This document shows, piece after piece, positions 63,565 to 64,000 of a DNA stretch of 64,000 nucleotides. The stretch covers positions 3,372 to 67,371 of the forward strand of contig JAITKM010000039.1 of the NCBI GenBank assembly GCA_031278395.1, in the 5' to 3' direction. The notes beneath the pieces are model-generated. The model saw only the letters and a program-made list of their open reading frames with translations. It did not search any database and had not been told where the DNA came from. The DNA comes from Deltaproteobacteria bacterium. GTDB lineage: Bacteria > Bdellovibrionota_C > UBA2361 > SZUA-149 > JAITKM01. A program made the translations under genes and the position numbers. Within the stretch, counting starts at the first letter, position 1. Each line of letters begins with the position of its first letter.

Positions 63565-64000
63565 ATGCAAATTATGTTTTTAATGGGGAGCTCCCAAGTT
63601 GAAATTAATAAGGAAGATTATCCTCTTTACCTAACAGAAATTGGCGGAAAATTAATTTTGGAACAACAGATTGAGTATTGCCAAAGTTTAAATCCGCAAA
63701 AATATATTTTTTGTGTTAAAAACAGTGATCTTAAAGCCTTTCAAGTTGATTCTGTGATTCGTCAACTAATTCCGGACGCCAAAATTATACCTATTAATAA
63801 TCAAACTCAAGGTGCGGTTTGTACCGCGCTGCTAGGTAGTCAAGATATTGATAATACTGAAGAGCTAATCTTAATGGCGATTGATGATTTTATTGAAGAT
63901 TCAGGCAGACAGATTTTGGAATTATTTCATCAAAAAAATAGTGATGCGGGGGTCGTTTCGTTTAATTCTGTTCATCCTCGTTATTCATTTGCTAAGCTAG
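63565..64000 (+). CDS. Paralog of the 61409 nucleotidyltransferase-like protein, truncated by the window end
   Basis: Open frame with no stop from ATG 63565 (AAGGA RBS at 63552-63556) to the window edge; TQGAVCTALLG parallels TEGQVCTVLLA. Not in the ORF track because it is open-ended. Confidence 0.6.
   Translation, partial: MQIMFLMGSSQVEINKEDYPLYLTEIGGKLILEQQIEYCQSLNPQKYIFCVKNSDLKAFQVDSVIRQLIPDAKIIPINNQTQGAVCTALLGSQDIDNTEELILMAIDDFIEDSGRQILELFHQKNSDAGVVSFNSVHPRYSFAKL

Overview
AT-rich 64-kb chromosomal window from a diderm (lptF/lptG, GT9 heptosyltransferase-like gene, porin), flagellated bacterium. I cannot assign the lineage. I support about 55 protein-coding genes and found no rRNA, tRNA, CRISPR array, transposase or integrase. 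Housekeeping genes: parB, rpoD, secA, pheS/pheT, rpe, class II fba, a long PfkA-family phosphofructokinase, class I fumarase, rpsU, lptF/lptG, mltG, ruvX, an M23 peptidase and a RumA-type rRNA methyltransferase. Accessory content falls into four groups. (1) Flagellar genes lie in three separate loci: flhB at 14.3 kb; flgK-flgL at 51-54 kb; flgE plus an export/switch block ending in fliP-fliQ at 56.8-61 kb. Each locus sits within about 10 kb of sugar-modification genes: a 6.7-kb glycosyltransferase island at 7.5-14.2 kb, a GT9 plus Maf-N-like pair at 40.5-43.5 kb, and a nucleotidyltransferase/GDPD/HAD locus at 61.4-64 kb. (2) Secreted proteins: a serpin, a Ser-rich Ca-binding-type protein and an LtaS-like sulfatase. 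(3) Gene decay: a 3' remnant of a porin paralog, a TAG-interrupted small ORF and a frameshifted PPC-domain fragment. (4) Non-coding repeats: a tandem 115-nt structured repeat upstream of the serpin, a dispersed 65-70-nt palindromic (REP-like) element family downstream of genes, and homopolymer tracts. I see no single clear-cut novel system. The best candidates are the serpin-leader repeat RNA/DNA element, the injectisome-like architecture of the flagellar export block, the GT9 plus Maf-N-like pair, and the histone-H1-like tail on sigma-70. All functional calls come from motif recognition by eye and no searches were run.
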